From Paraspadella gotoi (Eukaryota > Animalia > Chaetognatha), in NCBI GenBank assembly GCA_051294375.1, contig CM119268.1:6915382-6979381 (forward strand): a stretch of DNA of 64,000 nucleotides, given 5' to 3'. Of the stretch, positions 63,011 through 64,000 are shown in pieces. A program made the translations under genes and the position numbers. Each line of letters opens with the position of its first letter. Within the stretch, counting starts at the first letter, position 1. Below the pieces are notes generated by a model. The model saw nothing but the letters and a program-made list of their open reading frames with translations. It did no database searches and was not told where the DNA came from.

Positions 63011-64000
63011 CAACCAGATGAATTTCTCGACACGGTCGATGTAAAAAAAGTCGTTATTGTTTCAAACATTTATCGTTTTCATCACAAGGCCGGAGACAAA
63101 GAGACAAAATGGGAGAAAAAATGGGACATTTTATTGTTTTATGAATCGATTCTTTTTTGTTAGATAAAAATGATATAATAATTAATATCAAAAGGAAGTG
63201 AGATAAAAAATTATAAAAAAGCGAAAGGAATGAAGTGGAGTGAAAAAAAATGAAGGGAGGAAGAAATAATTAATAACTACGAAATATTAATAGAATAAAG
63301 AAAAAAAGAATAAAAGAAGGAAAAAACAAAAGAAAGAAAAAGAAATAAAGAAAGAAAGAACGACAAAAAGGGAGAAAGAAAGAGAGAAAGAAAAGACCGA
63401 GAGACAGACAGACAACGAGACAATCGGGATGCGATAAAGACGAAATCCCAAAATCAAAGCGACGCCTTCGATTATTNNNNNNNNNNNNNNNNNNNNNNNN
63501 NNNNNNNNNNNNNNNNNNNNNNNNNNNNNNNNNNNNNNNNNNNNNNNNNNNNNNNNNNNNNNNNNNNNNNNNNNNNNNNNNNNNNNNNNNNNNNNNNNNN
63601 NNNNNNNNNNNNNNNNNNNNNNNNNNNNNNNNNNNNNNNNNNNNNNNNNNNNNNTGGGATCAACTGAACGAAACGAGATGTGATGACGAAGTCACTCCGT
63701 TAGCACCAAGATGACTCATTGCACTGTGATGACTAAGTCATCCGTTAGCACCAAGTTGACTCATTTTTCGGTCACTTTTTACGTATAGTGGAAAGTGAAA
63801 TATATCATTTGTCGCCTAATTTGGACAAAACTATTTAGTTATTTGTCTACTCGATCATTTCGCCGCGACTAAAGAAATGGTATCTCTAAAAAAAACTGAT
63901 ACAATGGTATTTTTTTCAACTCAAATAATTATTATTATTGTTATTTCAAGTCTAATGATTTTACTACATATAAAACTAAATGTTATTTTCAAAATTTCGT

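Larger units (their letters stand above)
56090..64000 (+). repeat. Copy 2 of the local duplication (probable assembly or haplotype redundancy)
   Basis: Starts immediately after a 25-N gap and is collinear with 47690-54360. Confidence 0.9.

Overview
AT-rich, microsatellite-dense eukaryotic (probably invertebrate animal) scaffold segment with many N gaps. Several gaps are about 25 N and sit next to indel-ridden sequence that looks like uncorrected long-read gap filling. Most supplied ORFs are low-complexity artefacts. Supported content: (1) a near-complete, frameshifted Ty3/gypsy LTR retrotransposon gag-pol of CsRN1 type on the minus strand (~15.4-20.3 kb); (2) three phase-compatible candidate exons on the minus strand (12300-12159, 9885-9805, 6905-6789), the last resembling an LRR N-terminal cap; (3) several non-autonomous DNA elements: a Helentron/HINE-like family, a ~640 bp fold-back palindrome, a long-inverted-repeat family, and a 1.7 kb hAT-like insertion whose empty site also appears in the window; (4) a ~70 bp satellite present at ~6 versus >20 units in two copies of the same locus; (5) large local duplications that are probably assembly or haplotype redundancy; (6) promoter-like motif clusters (paired X-boxes with CCAAT; GC-box/CRE/NRF1-like). 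I found no CRISPR array, rRNA or tRNA, and no convincingly novel biological system. All similarities were judged by eye, without database searches.
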